From positions 61,442,001 through 61,506,000 of the forward strand of contig CM060731.1 in NCBI GenBank assembly GCA_030704615.1: a DNA stretch of 64,000 nt. Reading direction: 5' to 3'. Made by a program: the position numbers and the translations under genes. Under the pieces are notes generated by a model that searched no databases, was not told the DNA's origin, and worked only from the letters and a program-made list of their open reading frames with translations. Origin of the DNA: Takakia lepidozioides (lineage: Eukaryota > Plantae > Bryophyta). Below, one piece after another: positions 10,940-23,892 of the stretch (the stretch's first letter is position 1; each line of letters begins with the position of its first letter).

Positions 10940-11568
10940 ATTGTCCTTGGCCTCGTGTCATGGAAACAGTAACTTTACTTTCACCCAAGGAGGATTCAAC
11001 CAATCCTTGATCCAAAGGATGTCTTCTATGTGCTGCTTATGTCTATAGTCAGGTGGATCTTGGATAGGTCTGTGAAAACCACCACCGTGCAGCGGAGCAG
11101 CCATAGTTTTAAGCACGGCCTCCTAAAGCCAACCCTCCCACGTACCTTGTAAACATCAGAAACCCTTGCGCAATGCAATTTCATGGCCTGCTTAGGAAGA
11201 ACAAACAGACAAACTTCTTCACATCATACGTTACATATGAAGAACTTCCGCAAGAACTTGGTGCAAAAATGCTCTTACTCTGTGCATTGTCAGTGTCGTA
11301 GATCGTTCGTCCTAAGCAAGGCACGAAAGTAGGACTCAAAAGGTGTTTTCCCTGGAGTTTGCAAGGTACCTGGGATGGTTGATAGTTGTGGATTGATTGA
11401 AACTGTGGCTGCTCAACTGCTCCCTGGTGATTTTCACAGACCAATCCAAACTCTCCATATTACCGACATAAGCAGTGCACACAAGAGGTCCCGTGGATTG
11501 AGGATTGGTTTAATCCTCCTTGGGTGAATGAAAAGCTACTGGCCATGGAACAAGGTCGAGAACAGTCC
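10940..11568. repeat. Diverged inverted repeat pair (~10940-11160 vs ~11350-11568)
   Basis: TTCACCCAAGGAGGATTCAACCAATCCTTGATCC...TGCTTATGTC...GGTCTGTGAAAACCACC...GAGCAGCCATAGTTT...GTACCTTGTAAAC aligns colinearly with the reverse complement of the second segment, roughly 70% identity by eye. Confidence 0.85.
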
Positions 11569-11854
11569 AATGATGATGGGAAAAAGTCACAGTGCGACTC
11601 CGACTCTGGTGGGGATGGCAGAGCTCCTTCGAAACTTGAAGGTGATAGTGAGTATGACTCGCATTGAGCCTGATAATTAAGAGGGGTAGCCGTGTCCACC
11701 ACAAGCTTGTTTAGCATCTGTAAGTTGGCATATGATTGTTCGGCCCTCATTGCATCACATCCGACAGAGCCCACCGTGACCTGCATGAATGTTGTTGAAA
11801 GCTACACTCGCACTCCTCAGTGTTGATGCTCTTGGAGTTTCTGGTATGAAGGTC

Positions 11855-11990
11855 AAAAAAAAAAGAAAAAAAAAAAGAAGCCTTCCAGCAGGAAGGTGGA
11901 CCACCTTCATGACACACAAGACGGTGGTTTGAACCCACAACCACATCCAATGTGGTATGTGCCCATTACCACTGGGCTACATGCTGGTTG
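11855..11990 (-). mobile_element. tRNA-derived SINE-like repeat, family 1
   Basis: On minus: A-box TAGCCCAGTGG, B-box GGTTCAAACC, T-rich tail. Related copies at ~35945-36100 (-) and ~38479-38642 (+). Confidence 0.65.
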
Positions 11991-13523
11991 TCTATGAAGG
12001 TCAAGTATGGAGCATGGAGCAGTAAGATTGAAGGCAGACCTGTAGGCATTGTGCATGTCTGCACCATGCTATGTGGATTTGTAGATGGTTATCAACATGT
12101 GGTATTCCAATTGTAGTATCAGCCGGTTACTAATTCTCATTGAATATTAGCGTCTTGAATGCCCGACCTTCACATTTCGCCGGCTCCACTCCCCATTGGG
12201 TTTCAAGGAATGAAATATGTAGAAGCACCTTTCACGATTCCCGATGATATTCATGGTTCTACCTCTCTCTCAGCCAGAGCACAAGTTCCATGGTTTTCAT
12301 GTCATTACCATTGTTAGTCGGTAATCAGGGACCCACCCGGTTAATTACAGGTTATTTGTCGGGTAAGGGTAACTATAGCACGAGGTTATGAGCACAAAAG
12401 AGAACCGTGGACACTGAACACCGCCAGTACTGGACAACTCAAATACCCGGTGAAACACCCTGAACCTGAACCTGTGAGTGAATAGCATCTGAAGACATAG
12501 ATCCGACCCGGATATCTTTTAAGTGGACGGAAACGGTTATAGTAGCTATGGTTTCGTGGCAAATAGAAGTTTTCTTTTGATGTCATATTTTCACTATGTA
12601 CATTGAAGTTGAAATGGCACATTGAACCTGAGCGATAGGTTCTACAGGCCTAGGTTCTGCAGCCTGCCTAGGGTAGTTCGATTATATCCGATGGTAGGTA
12701 GGTTATATTTCGATTATAACAAAGACACGACTTGAAATATCACCGCAAGTTATGATTTGTTCATGAATCGGCAAATAACCTGACCACACATATTGTTCAA
12801 ATTTTCATAACCGTAACCTGAAAATAACCTTCATTCAATGTGCATATTTCACCTGGAACCGGAGGTTATTATTGCATGAGTCAACTTGTATAACCTGAAC
12901 CTCATGAGCTTTGAAAAAAATGAGAACCGACCAACGCTGGTCATTACATGCCCGCATGTGGCCACGGCGGGTCCGCGTGTGGCCGAGGGGGTCGCTAGGG
13001 TGGGAGCGCCCTTACCCCGGACCCGGCAGTCTGCTGTTGGGTCTACCTTGGAAGCTAGTTTGCTGGGCCCACAATATATACATAAAGCATTAGTTATTGC
13101 AAGAGTGGCTCGTAGTGTGAGCAATGAACAATAAACATGAGGACTGGTGTTCAAATCCAAGTTGTACTATGGCAGTAATGCGTGTTATTAAATATTTGTT
13201 TTGTCGAAGGGTCTACCAATCCGCTCGTCGGTCTGCTAGAGGGTCTACCTGTTTGCTAGAAGGTTGGAGTCGGTTTGTTGGAGGGTCTGCCCAGTCCGCT
13301 AGAACAAGGACTTAGAAAAATTTCAGAATCTGGCCGATCCGGTGAATGGGCGGTGGCAAGGCTGAGTTTTGCACATGTCACAAGTCATTTGATAGACATA
13401 AAAGAAAATGGCCTGTCCAAAGAAAGGCAATGACCAAAAATTGCCTATCATAGCGAAAGGCAAAAAAAAAAAACCTATCAAAAGAAAGGTAAAAAATACA
13501 AAGGAAATGTACAAGCACATCGG

Positions 13524-13690
13524 CTTGTAGCTCAGCTGGTAAGCTAAGTGCACGATGTGTGCCCTTCGTGGTTCCGGGTTCAAAGCCGCCGCCTTGCCCA
13601 GTGCGGGGGTTGTTCGTGGCGTTATGTCTGGATGTTATCGTCATGTGTGCCTCCATCGCCCATATATGAAATGGGGTTATTTTTCTCCCT
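13524..13690 (+). mobile_element. tRNA-derived SINE-like element
   Basis: TAGCTCAGCTGGTA (A-box) and CCGGGTTCAAAGCC (B-box) in tRNA-like spacing. No convincing acceptor stem. Followed by a GC-rich body and a T-rich end. Confidence 0.55.
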
Positions 13691-15115
13691 CCTCAAGGGC
13701 CTGAATTGTGGGCTATCAGTTGCGTCCACCGTGTATTGCATGCAGGCCTGTAGGTTGGCTTACTCTTCAGGGGTCTTGGGTTCTACCTACCTTCAATGAA
13801 AGCTACATTGGCCCATGAGTAGAGTTGTGTGGTTTGTAGATCTTTATCATAAACCTTAATAGTGCTAATTTACCCACGTTTCATGTGATCGGGTCTTAAG
13901 TCCTGACCATTGCTTTGCAGTATGTATTTGACTCTCGCTGCTTAGGTTACACACTCGAGCACATCACTCTACTGGAAGAATACAATCCCAAGATTAGCTA
14001 GCTAGCTGAATTTCGATGATTTTGGTCTTCGAAGCGTTCTCATATAGTGCTCCGGGTTGTGAAAGGACAACTTTTGTCATCTAGCGCTCAAGATTTACTT
14101 CAAGAAACAGACACTTGGGCCTTAAGTTCACAATGGCCTAAGTTTGGGGATGCAGCTATTTAGAGCCTCGCATGCATGCAAAGATTGGTCATCCAAGCCC
14201 CTCCACGCTCTGTTGGACACATTGTGATGGACACATATAATTAGGACCCGAGCAATTTGCCCTTTCATCCGTGGTGCACATGTTCCAGGGAGTCTTTCAG
14301 GGTCCAACAACGTAATCTAAGTGATTGAGCCCAGATCGACTGTGGACTAATTGTAAGAAGTTCACACTTCACACTTCTTTTCATTTTTCATTTCATATGA
14401 CATGGTTGTGTGAAAGGTAAAAAACTTTGTCAACAAAGTTCTCTGTCACAATGAAAGTAAAAAAAGAATTAACCCGTCACAAAAAATGTAGGGCTACCTG
14501 TCAAAAAACAACAGTGTCGTGGTGGGCTTATGAGCTCACCTCATGGGCCGTACTGGCGGGGCCCATAGGTGCATTCAAGACGCTAATATTAAAAAATGAG
14601 AGGTTGGGGTATAAATAGTTTAATTTAATTTATCTTTTTTGAAATCAATATATGAAACGAGACGTTTGTTTTGTTTTGTTTGTTTTGTAGATTTGAGATG
14701 TCCCCAACCGCGAGGCCCCAGCCCTGGTGCTTGGTACCATTGGAAAGCCCTCGACGAGGAGGGGTGCACGGGCTTGGTCTCATGATTTTTGGACGTACGG
14801 TGTGGGAGACGTGGAATTTCAAGTACTTTGGGTCGCTGAAAATTCCCGAAAATAAGCAAAGTGGGAATTCCTGGGACAATGTTTGGAGCCTCGAGAGGAG
14901 AGATATCAAGGGAAAGGTCTCCGGTTCAAATCTGGTTGTAGGCTCTGTGGAAAAAAACATGCATTTGGACTTAGATGACATTGGACCCTTGGGCCAAGGA
15001 CAAAGGCTACCCTAGAGGTCGCACTTGGGCCTCGACATAGGAGACGCACTTGCATACATAGGAAACACCTGGAAGCGACAGCTCACAAATTAGGCCCCTT
15101 GATAGTGAGAGGAGA

Positions 15116-15830
15116 AACCAACAGTCGGCACTGAGTGCCACCGAGATAGATTCTGGGGTCAAATCTTGCTACTGACGTGTGTGGTATACTCTTCTCCCTG
15201 GTTTTGGTTGCTGTCCCATTCCTACGCCTTCGTGGCGCGGTTACTGTGAAAAAGGTTATTTTCTCTTTTTTTTCTCTTTTTTCTTTTTTTTGAAACACCT
15301 GGTAGCGATAGCTCACAAATCAGGCCCCTCTCACCGAGCCAATTCCCCTATGGAAGGAGATGAGTAGGAGATCAATTGGCGTCACCGCAAGCTTAGTCTC
15401 CCCAAAGCTCAATTAGACTTTGGCTCCGATGCTGCTTAGGATTAAATCCCCTTTAGCAAAATGGTCTTCTTTTGGGCCTTTTTCCGGCTTCCCACTCTTT
15501 CCCTTGCTTCTATGATGGAGCTCTTGTCTGTTCCTTGTTTTAATTTCTATGCCCTCTCTTCTTGGATCTGGGAGGTTCCCCATGTGTACTTGCCTCCATG
15601 GCCCTTGATGGTTATTTTTTCTATCTTATGTATCTCCTTCCAATGAATAAACTTCCAGGGCCTCTGTCCCCTGTTCTGTAAATTTAAAAAATAAAAACAA
15701 GCCATGGACGGGACACCGCCCAGGGACGGCGGAGAAGAGTATACCAAACCCGTCAAGTAGCAAAATTTGACTCCAGAATCATCTGGGTGGCACTCAGTGC
15801 ACTAACCAACTGAGGTACGGACTGTTGGTT
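15116..15830. repeat. Inverted pair of tRNA-like/SINE heads (15116-15200 + and ~15725-15830 -)
   Basis: AACCAACAGTC...GCACTGAGTGCCACC.AGAT.GATTCTGG.GTCAAAT.TTGCTAC.TGACG...TGGTATACTCTTCTCC occurs once on each strand. The minus copy keeps an A-box-like TACCTCAGTTGG that is deleted in the plus copy. Confidence 0.75.
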
Positions 15831-18106
15831 GAAGTTAATAAAAGTGGTAGCCAGAAAATCGGTCCTTCAATTTATAAGCATAACTGGTTTCCAAAAGAAA
15901 ATAAAGCTTCTTTTGCAAATTCCGCCCTTTGCATTACTGACATATGCATATTTCATAGATATATGTAAAATCAAGAGAAATCAGTTAGGAAAAGTGGTGC
16001 TTGGTCTCATTGTCCAACATGGCCAAATCTGCAATGCAGAGACTCTTCTCCGCCTTCATGTTGTATGAAAATGTCTTGATCAAGGAGGGACAAGGTAGTG
16101 GGGCCAGTGGGCCCTTTTTTGGGGCTGGAGCTGCACCCCAGCATCGCTTGATTCTGATACCATGTGCATGGTTCTTGTTTTTACCCCTAATGCAAGCATT
16201 GCCTTTGCCAATAAAGCCTAGGTATGGTATTGACCTGGGTATTGCAAGTGCCAATACCAAGGGTTCCAGTTCTTAACCCTAAAATAAAATGAGGGTCCCA
16301 AATTCTGGCAGGGCCTATTCCTGAAGGTCAAAAAAAGGGAGAAGATTGGAGGGGGCAATGGGGATGGATGGGACCTGTGTAGGTACAACATATTGATAAT
16401 GGGCCAGACCTATATGCGAGCCCAATTACACCGGTACTTGCAATTAATCCTAATCAGCGGTTCTTCCCATGAAAGATGTATGAAAAACCCAGAACCGGAG
16501 ATCCTTTTATTCTAAGATTCTGTAAAAACCAGAACCAGAGGTAATGAAAGAAATATAATGACCGGCCAACAGGGCACTTACCTCCATGGATATGTGGTGC
16601 TGGTTTGGCGTGCTCAATATTCATCTGCAAGGCCTCATCACTCATCACCTAAAAGTCATGCATGGCCCAAATTTACAGAACTACCCAGTTGCCACAGGTG
16701 GCATATCTATCAGAACAAATTTTCAGAAGCTCAAGCCCAATGAGAAGCCTGCTCTCTAGAAAATCTCATCATGCACACATGGTACCGGGCAATGCAACCT
16801 GAATTTGTATTTAAATCAGCCTGAATCCCAATACCTGGTAAACAAGCCAGTAAAGAATATCCACTCTAAACACAATATTTCTGCACTTCCCAAGTCTATG
16901 CAGTTCGCAAACAAGCCGAAGCTATTGGGTCATGGAAAGGGACCTTTCCTTTTCACTACCGCGGACTGTCCTAACTCACACCAGGTCATTCTGCTCCACC
17001 AGTGACAGAAATAAAAGGGGAAGTTCACTTTTGACTTCAGTTCTTGGTTGAAAAAGCTGGAGAGGCCGCCCTTATGAGCTCCACCATTTCATTCTAGCAC
17101 CATCTGATTTTGAAAAGCCATGCTCGACCAGATTGACGACCTATGGTATGTTGCAGCAGACCAAGTTATTGAAGTAAACCAATACTGGCACCTGCAGCGA
17201 CAAGAACGTTATTAGCACCACACACACATGACAATGTGACATGGAGCTTTCTAGAATGACAATTGAGGTGGTACGGTCTATTAGTGTCATTCCCACTCGA
17301 CAAATGCTAGTGAATGATTCTGTACAGCCAAGCTGTGCTCCTGCCCGGTAAGTGAACTTGGTCGCTCTACAATCTTACCTTGTTGCTAACTGGCCAAGCA
17401 TTAGCTGAGTTGGTTGAGTGTCTCAATCATTACTGTCAACAGCCCACCTTATGCTTTTGAGAGCTAAAATGCTGGTGTCCGGTGGCTGTTCCCTGTTCTA
17501 CCCTTTTTGTCCGGGGGTCTTTTTCTGTTCATGGTACAATGTTTGCAGTTCTATTGGCCACTGACCTTGTCAGCATAGGTTGCAATTGAGGGTTTCAGTA
17601 TATATATGTGGGTCTAGGGCATTTCCATGAAATAAAATAAAAGAGATGAAACAGCACGTACCATGTGAGAACATCCGGCATACACAACAAATGGACAGAT
17701 ATAACCATCTGAATGATAGAGTTGATGATATCATTGACTTCATGAAAGAGTAAGGAGGTTTGGATTCGCCAAGGAACCTGTCTAGGTCAGGTTGTGGCCT
17801 ACAAGAGCATCCCTAATAACTTATTTGTCCTATCATTATGTGACAGGGATACCATAGAGCCAAAAGGATAGATGAATCTTACTGGTGGAGAAGAACGGAA
17901 CAGCTTGATGGTGATTTGCGACAGGCTCTTGGCGGCCCACGCAACCCACTCTCCTCAGAACCAGGTTATGTTCCTTGCCCACACTGAGATTCTATATGTT
18001 TTCTTCAGGAAGATTAATTCTCTTCCACTTGCAGGAATGTATTTAAGTAGCTCATGCGAGGCACAGGTTGATGCTCGCACATGCTACCAAGCTCCCAGTA
18101 GCAGAC

Positions 18107-21100
18107 CTATGACTGCATGAGCTGCTGCAGTTGATTGAGGACAGATGGGTGGAGACGAGACATGGCAACGCTGAAGACCGCTTCCCCATGGAGTGCCGCA
18201 CACATCTGCAGCTTTTCCTTCAAAAAAGGAGCTAAGGCCACATTGTTGACAGGATCTGCAATATAGACCTGCATTTGTCCGTGCCATCCACATGCAACAG
18301 TGCACCAACAGTGCACCAATCATTACGAAGGCATTATCTTTCAGAGACATTAAGGCATTGTCATACAGTTAATTTCCAGTACATACAAATAAGACACGAT
18401 CTTTTGTCCAGAAAAATTCTAAAATTCCTAACTCTCCTTCACTCCAGGTCCAAGGTCACAGGGTACCAACAAGCTCATTAAAGAGCACATTGTGCATGTA
18501 CAGTACCTGTCTCTTCCGGGTATCCTCGCTCTGTGCTGTTACGATAGATCCATCCTCCACATTATTGTAATCATAGCTGAAAAATAACCAACTTATTGCC
18601 AGTCAGCCTCCTTTTCAAATCGTGGCTAATGACTACTTCATAAGGACTTCCAGATTCTAAGGTCACATCCAGAAGACTTACCATATGCCCCAATAGCTAC
18701 AATTTGCGATCCCCACCAACTCTGCAACCTTTGAAAAGAATAGAATTACTATTCGCATTTACTGAAATTTAGCATGCACACAAAGACCAAATCTGCCAAG
18801 TGCTTACCCAGATACCACACCATTCTTGTCCGCTTCAGTCTCCTGAAGGACACTGGTGCAGACACTGCAGGATCGCAGATAAAAACGGGTCAGCATGTTG
18901 CCTACTTTCTGTACATGAAAAACCTTGAAATACACAAGCAAGAACAATTCTGACACTGGTGCAGACACTGCAGGATTGCAGATAAAAACAGGTCAGCATA
19001 TTGCCTACTTGCTGTACATGAAAAACAAGCAAGAATAAATCTGACACTGGTGCAGACACCACAGGATTGCAGATTTCAGCACATTGCCTACTTGCTGTAC
19101 ATGAAAAACCTTGAAATACACAAGCAAGAATAATTCTGCCTTTGGAGACGAATTATATAGGATAACTTACAGAAGTGGGGTAGGAGAGCGGTAATTCTCT
19201 TGATCCAATTTTTCATTTATAAGGGCAAGAGGGTCATACAGAGAGGAGAAAGATAGAGACCTGAGGATTTGCTCGAGTCTATCTAAGACTTGCGGCTCCC
19301 TTAATGCAAGCAAAATGCAAAGAGCCAATGCGCACACCTTCCGCTTTATTGGAGTTGTCAAGGAATCAAACTGTTGATATCAAGCAACACCCACAACATA
19401 AAATATCAGTTTGATCAGAGTCTGAACAATGTGAAAGGCAAGAAGGAATATTAAAAATGTAACGTAGGCATACCTAGATTTTTGAAGACTAAAAATAAGG
19501 TTGACAATACAGCTCACTGAAGGAAAGTTTTGACCCTACAGTTAGCCAAGCATCTGAGTTGAGCATTTTATCCACTAGTATGGATGCTACTTGAAAATTT
19601 CTTGTAGGAAGCAACATACAGAAAGAAAAATAAATTTCAGCCAGAGATTTTTGCTATCCATTTCCATCAAAGGCTTAGCCCCCCAGCATATTAAGGCTAC
19701 TAGAGCCAGCCGTGGGGTTCAACGCACCAGCATACTCAGCCCAAAATTACATGAATGATGACACTGATAACATGCAATCAAATGTGAAGTTATGAGTTGA
19801 CATTGATATCTAGAGATCCTAGCTTTTGGAACTGCTCGCATAGCTCTCTAACCTTGCAACAGATGTGGCTATGATTGCTCTGCCGATCACTGCTGAAAGG
19901 AAAGGGGAAAGATCGTCCAGAGAGACCAATGAAGAGATACGCAGACAATTGTTTGGACTGGAATCCTAGCGAAGACGAAGGATGCATGCCAGAACTACAA
20001 ACCTACAGAAGTATAAAAAACAGTATGAGAAGGAGAAATTAAAATTGTACCCAGTCAAGGTTACCTTGTCAAGCCAAGCATCAAAGAAGAGAAACAGTGC
20101 ACTTTGGTCTGAGCCTGCCACCCCTGACTGCTGTAGAGCAAGGATAAGAGATGGTTGCGAAGTGAGTTGTACAAAGAATCCGCTGTTTTGTACTAATACT
20201 CTTGCTAGTACCGCTCCTGCTGATGCCCTCACCATTTCAGGCTCCTCCCGTCCATTCACCACCACCAACAGCAGTTTCTGCACTTACAGTCACAAAGAAT
20301 CAGAAAACGCAAGAGTACCCTTCTCTGAACAGGGATATTACCAGCCAACAGTTGAAAGGATCTGAAGACCCTAAGATCACATAATGCGAGGTCCAACATG
20401 GTTAGAAATACAGAAAGACAGCCTCTGTCCAAACCTTTCCTATATCAACAAAGTAGGGAGGAAGTAATAAACCAGAAGAGGTCTGAGATCCTATCACCTG
20501 TAAAACGGCTTCCAGAAGTGGAGGTGCATCCCGGGGAAAGCACTGCGGTAAAATTGACCACAAGCACATAGAACCTCCTCAGCAGACGTTACTGAAACTT
20601 CAAGTGTAATTTTGCACCTTGTGTTACATGATAAAGCCCAAGAATGAGAGGGCACTTGTTTGAGCTTTTCTGACGGTGACATTTTTCTGCACATGTGCAA
20701 GTCCAGGAAAACTAGAAAAACACAGGACAAGCACAAACTACAATGCAGTGAAGTAGAGATTCAGTAACCTGGATGAGAGCATCTATGACAGGCAAGGTAC
20801 ACATCATTCCCTTTTCCTTGACATTGCCAACCACACTGTCCAGAATTTTTGCCACTCCAGCAGAGTATTGCTGTAAAAACTCCACCCCACCAAGAAGAAC
20901 ATAGCTTTCTATAATGTTCATGGCTACCTGCATACCACAGCATCGCGAATAGAATCTATTATACAGAAAAAGGACAGCAAAAACAAAGAACAATGCATTG
21001 ATTGCTTGGTCAAACTTGCATTGTCTGTGCACAGACATCCTCAATCCCATGTAGACATTATTGAATGAATTGATCTGATGAATTGAAATAAGATCTGAGC

Positions 21101-23860
21101 TCTTGATTGTATGGAATGTAGCACAAAGCAACCAGCATAAGCAAATTTCACTGTTATATTCCAACTGTGACCCACACTCTGCTGGAAAATAGTGAAGTAA
21201 CTTCACACAAAAGATAAACCATATTCAACACATCAAAGTTCAGATGACAGCCAGATAAATGATAATTGGTGCTACAAGACACACCGCAAGATGGTCAAAG
21301 TTCCGCTCCATTTGAGTCACAAGGTGGGGAAATAGGGCAAGGAGTCGAGGCTCCATGGCCGGTGCCAGCCGGAGTGTTGTTTGCCACAACTATAACCACA
21401 CATAGCCAACAAAAAGGTTTTGTTATGAGAACATTAGAAAAAGATAACCGTAAGCCTACAATCTGAGGTCTTCAGAGCCCTTCTACAACAATGTTCACTG
21501 CTAAAAGCTCATGAAATCGAAAAGAAAAAAACACATGAAAATGTGTGACTGAGGCATACCTGCATACCATCTTCTAGCATATTAAGTTCATCCAGCTGAT
21601 TGACATCAGTACTATATTGTAAAATTGGGAAGAGGAGATCATAACAAGTTGGGGAGCGTGGCCCAAGTGCTATCAAGAGACGCTGCAATGCAAGCATCAC
21701 TTGTATCTGCAACAGGCTTTCCCCCTCTGAGTTCTGCCACACCTGCGCCCCACCATATACCAGCAACAATACTCAATGAGTCTCATACCATGAGTTGCCC
21801 GATGTTTTTAGGCCTGACTCCGGAGTTTACCTACTTCGGGGTGCTCACAATCAGCCCAGAGACTGAATCCAACAAATTGACCAGTAAATGAGGCACACAA
21901 CCTCTATACAGAATTGTCACTCCAGTACACAGCACAGCTGGGACACCCCTAAAGTACTGTCCAATATTGTGCCTCACCTACTAAGCTTCAGGTAACCCAA
22001 TAAAATAAAAGCTTGATTTGCTGCAATAGTGTACATACGCAAAAGGAAACAAAGAGACGAATCACAAAGAGTACCATTAGTGTACAGCCATCTGTGCAAT
22101 ACAGCTATAGTGAAGACTTGCCTGAGGCAAGAAGGACAAAATTTTCTCAACACATGGTGCTATCTTGTCACCGAGACGGTCAATGATGAGAGAAACCACA
22201 TTAAAAATTTGAAGCTGCACCACAAGACAGTGCACAAAAGATATAAATGCGATGCATGAAGAGTAGATATGGAAGGAATACTACCATTCTTACAGACTCA
22301 ACTAAGGCATACAGGGAGCACGTGTTACTCATGACACTTTACATTCCATAGTCTCTGCTTCAAACAGCATTTAGACAGTAGCCATGCTCTCATACATAAC
22401 ACTAACAATACGCTGCAAGGAACAGGGGTTGAGAGGGCAGGTTTTTCATGACAATCAATTGGTTAGTCTGGAGTTACAAGGTCTTCCCGCGTTTTCAATG
22501 AGAATCAGAAATTCTTTAGATTATTAATAGAAGGTGGTCTAATCACAGGGCCTTATGGTTGATTTAGTGCTTTACAGATGCACTTGCAATCAGCTCTGGA
22601 AAAGAGAGCTCAGTGAGATTGATTACCTTTGAGTCAAACTCTTGAGCACTCTGCATAAATTTGAACAGGAGCTGCAAGCACATGGGTACAAACTCCACAA
22701 ACTCCTCCTCATAGAAATGAACATCATCTATCAGACTACGCAGCGAGTGGCATGCTGCAAGCTGCACCCAGATATTTGTCCTCAGTCAAGTTACCCGCCT
22801 CTCACACCTTTACCACATTGTATTTGTGGTATCAGTCAATCCATACAGTTGGACTCCAAATTTATGGAAACTTAGCTAGCCAGCAGTTACTGAAAGAAGG
22901 GAGGGGATGACATGCAATTTGACACACCACCTAAACTTGCTTGGTCGTCACTGCAGGTAGATGGGAGATATTGAAACCTACAGACAGCTGGTGCTCACGT
23001 CTCTGTTGCCACTAAAAGCTGAGAGATAGATAAGGTCCACATCAGCACAATGATCTCTCTCGCAGCAACATTCCTTCACATGGAGATGGAGCTCACAGCA
23101 AGTTTGAGGAAAGAACATGGCAAACAGAGTGAATGAATGGCCTTCCCCATTGGGCACGAGGCTGTGGTTCAAATGACGAGAACGCTGTAAACTGCTGACT
23201 GCGACCCCCAGCTTTGGCTGCCAGTGTGCGTAAATCCCACAGGACCAAGGCAAGAAGAACCTCTTGAAAACATTTCTCACTTCCTCGAAGTACTACTTCC
23301 ACATAAAATGCTGCTAGACAGGTGTTGTACTTACTTGAACTGCCAAGTCCCCATCTCCAAGGAGTCTTAGCAAGGCTCTGTATATTGGCTTTCGCATATC
23401 ATCCTTAATCTGGAGCAATCAGCCATATATGTGATGAGTGAAATGTACAGAGCAAATAGATGCAGCAGATTCAATGATGAGTGGAAGACAGGAGAAAGGC
23501 ATATGGACATACAAAATCTAATACAGAAGGAAAAGGGGAAGGAAGAACAACTTCAAACCCAACTCGTGACACCACACAGTAAAGATGTGGAAATGAACGA
23601 TTGTAGCAAGAAAAAGGGTTGGTAAGCAACATATTCCTGGCAAATTCACAGACATGCAACAACCTGAAAAGCATACACAAGGCCTCAAAAGAGGAACACA
23701 AACCTTGCTCACCCACTGGCCCAATAGCCAAGCCACTCTACGATGCAGAATAAGTGCATTGGGGTGTTGGTTATTTACTTCATGCACAAGTGCGCCTTCC
23801 CACCTGCTTCAGAATTTTTTGGAATCAATTCATCATACTTGTCTGGCCAACATACTTCGA

Positions 23861-23892
<32 letters not shown>

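Noticed and set aside
13524-13600. Functional tRNA gene
   Set aside because: A and B boxes are present but I could not fold a convincing acceptor or anticodon stem. A SINE head is more likely. tRNAscan-SE would settle it.
14040-14330. Decayed coding-like frame (LRVVKGQLL...WPKFGDAAI*...)
   Set aside because: No recognisable motif or splice pattern, so it cannot be told from chance. The same applies to 36480-36660 and 38740-39190.
14640-14860. Interspersed repeat resembling moss repeats (TTGGTACCATTGGAAAGCCC...)
   Set aside because: Only one copy here and no termini defined. The resemblance is from memory and cannot be verified.
18682-18728. 47-nt frameshifting cassette exon in importin-11 (AG...GTAAG borders on minus)
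   Set aside because: Flanking exons already join in frame without it, and such borders occur by chance. Needs RNA-seq evidence.
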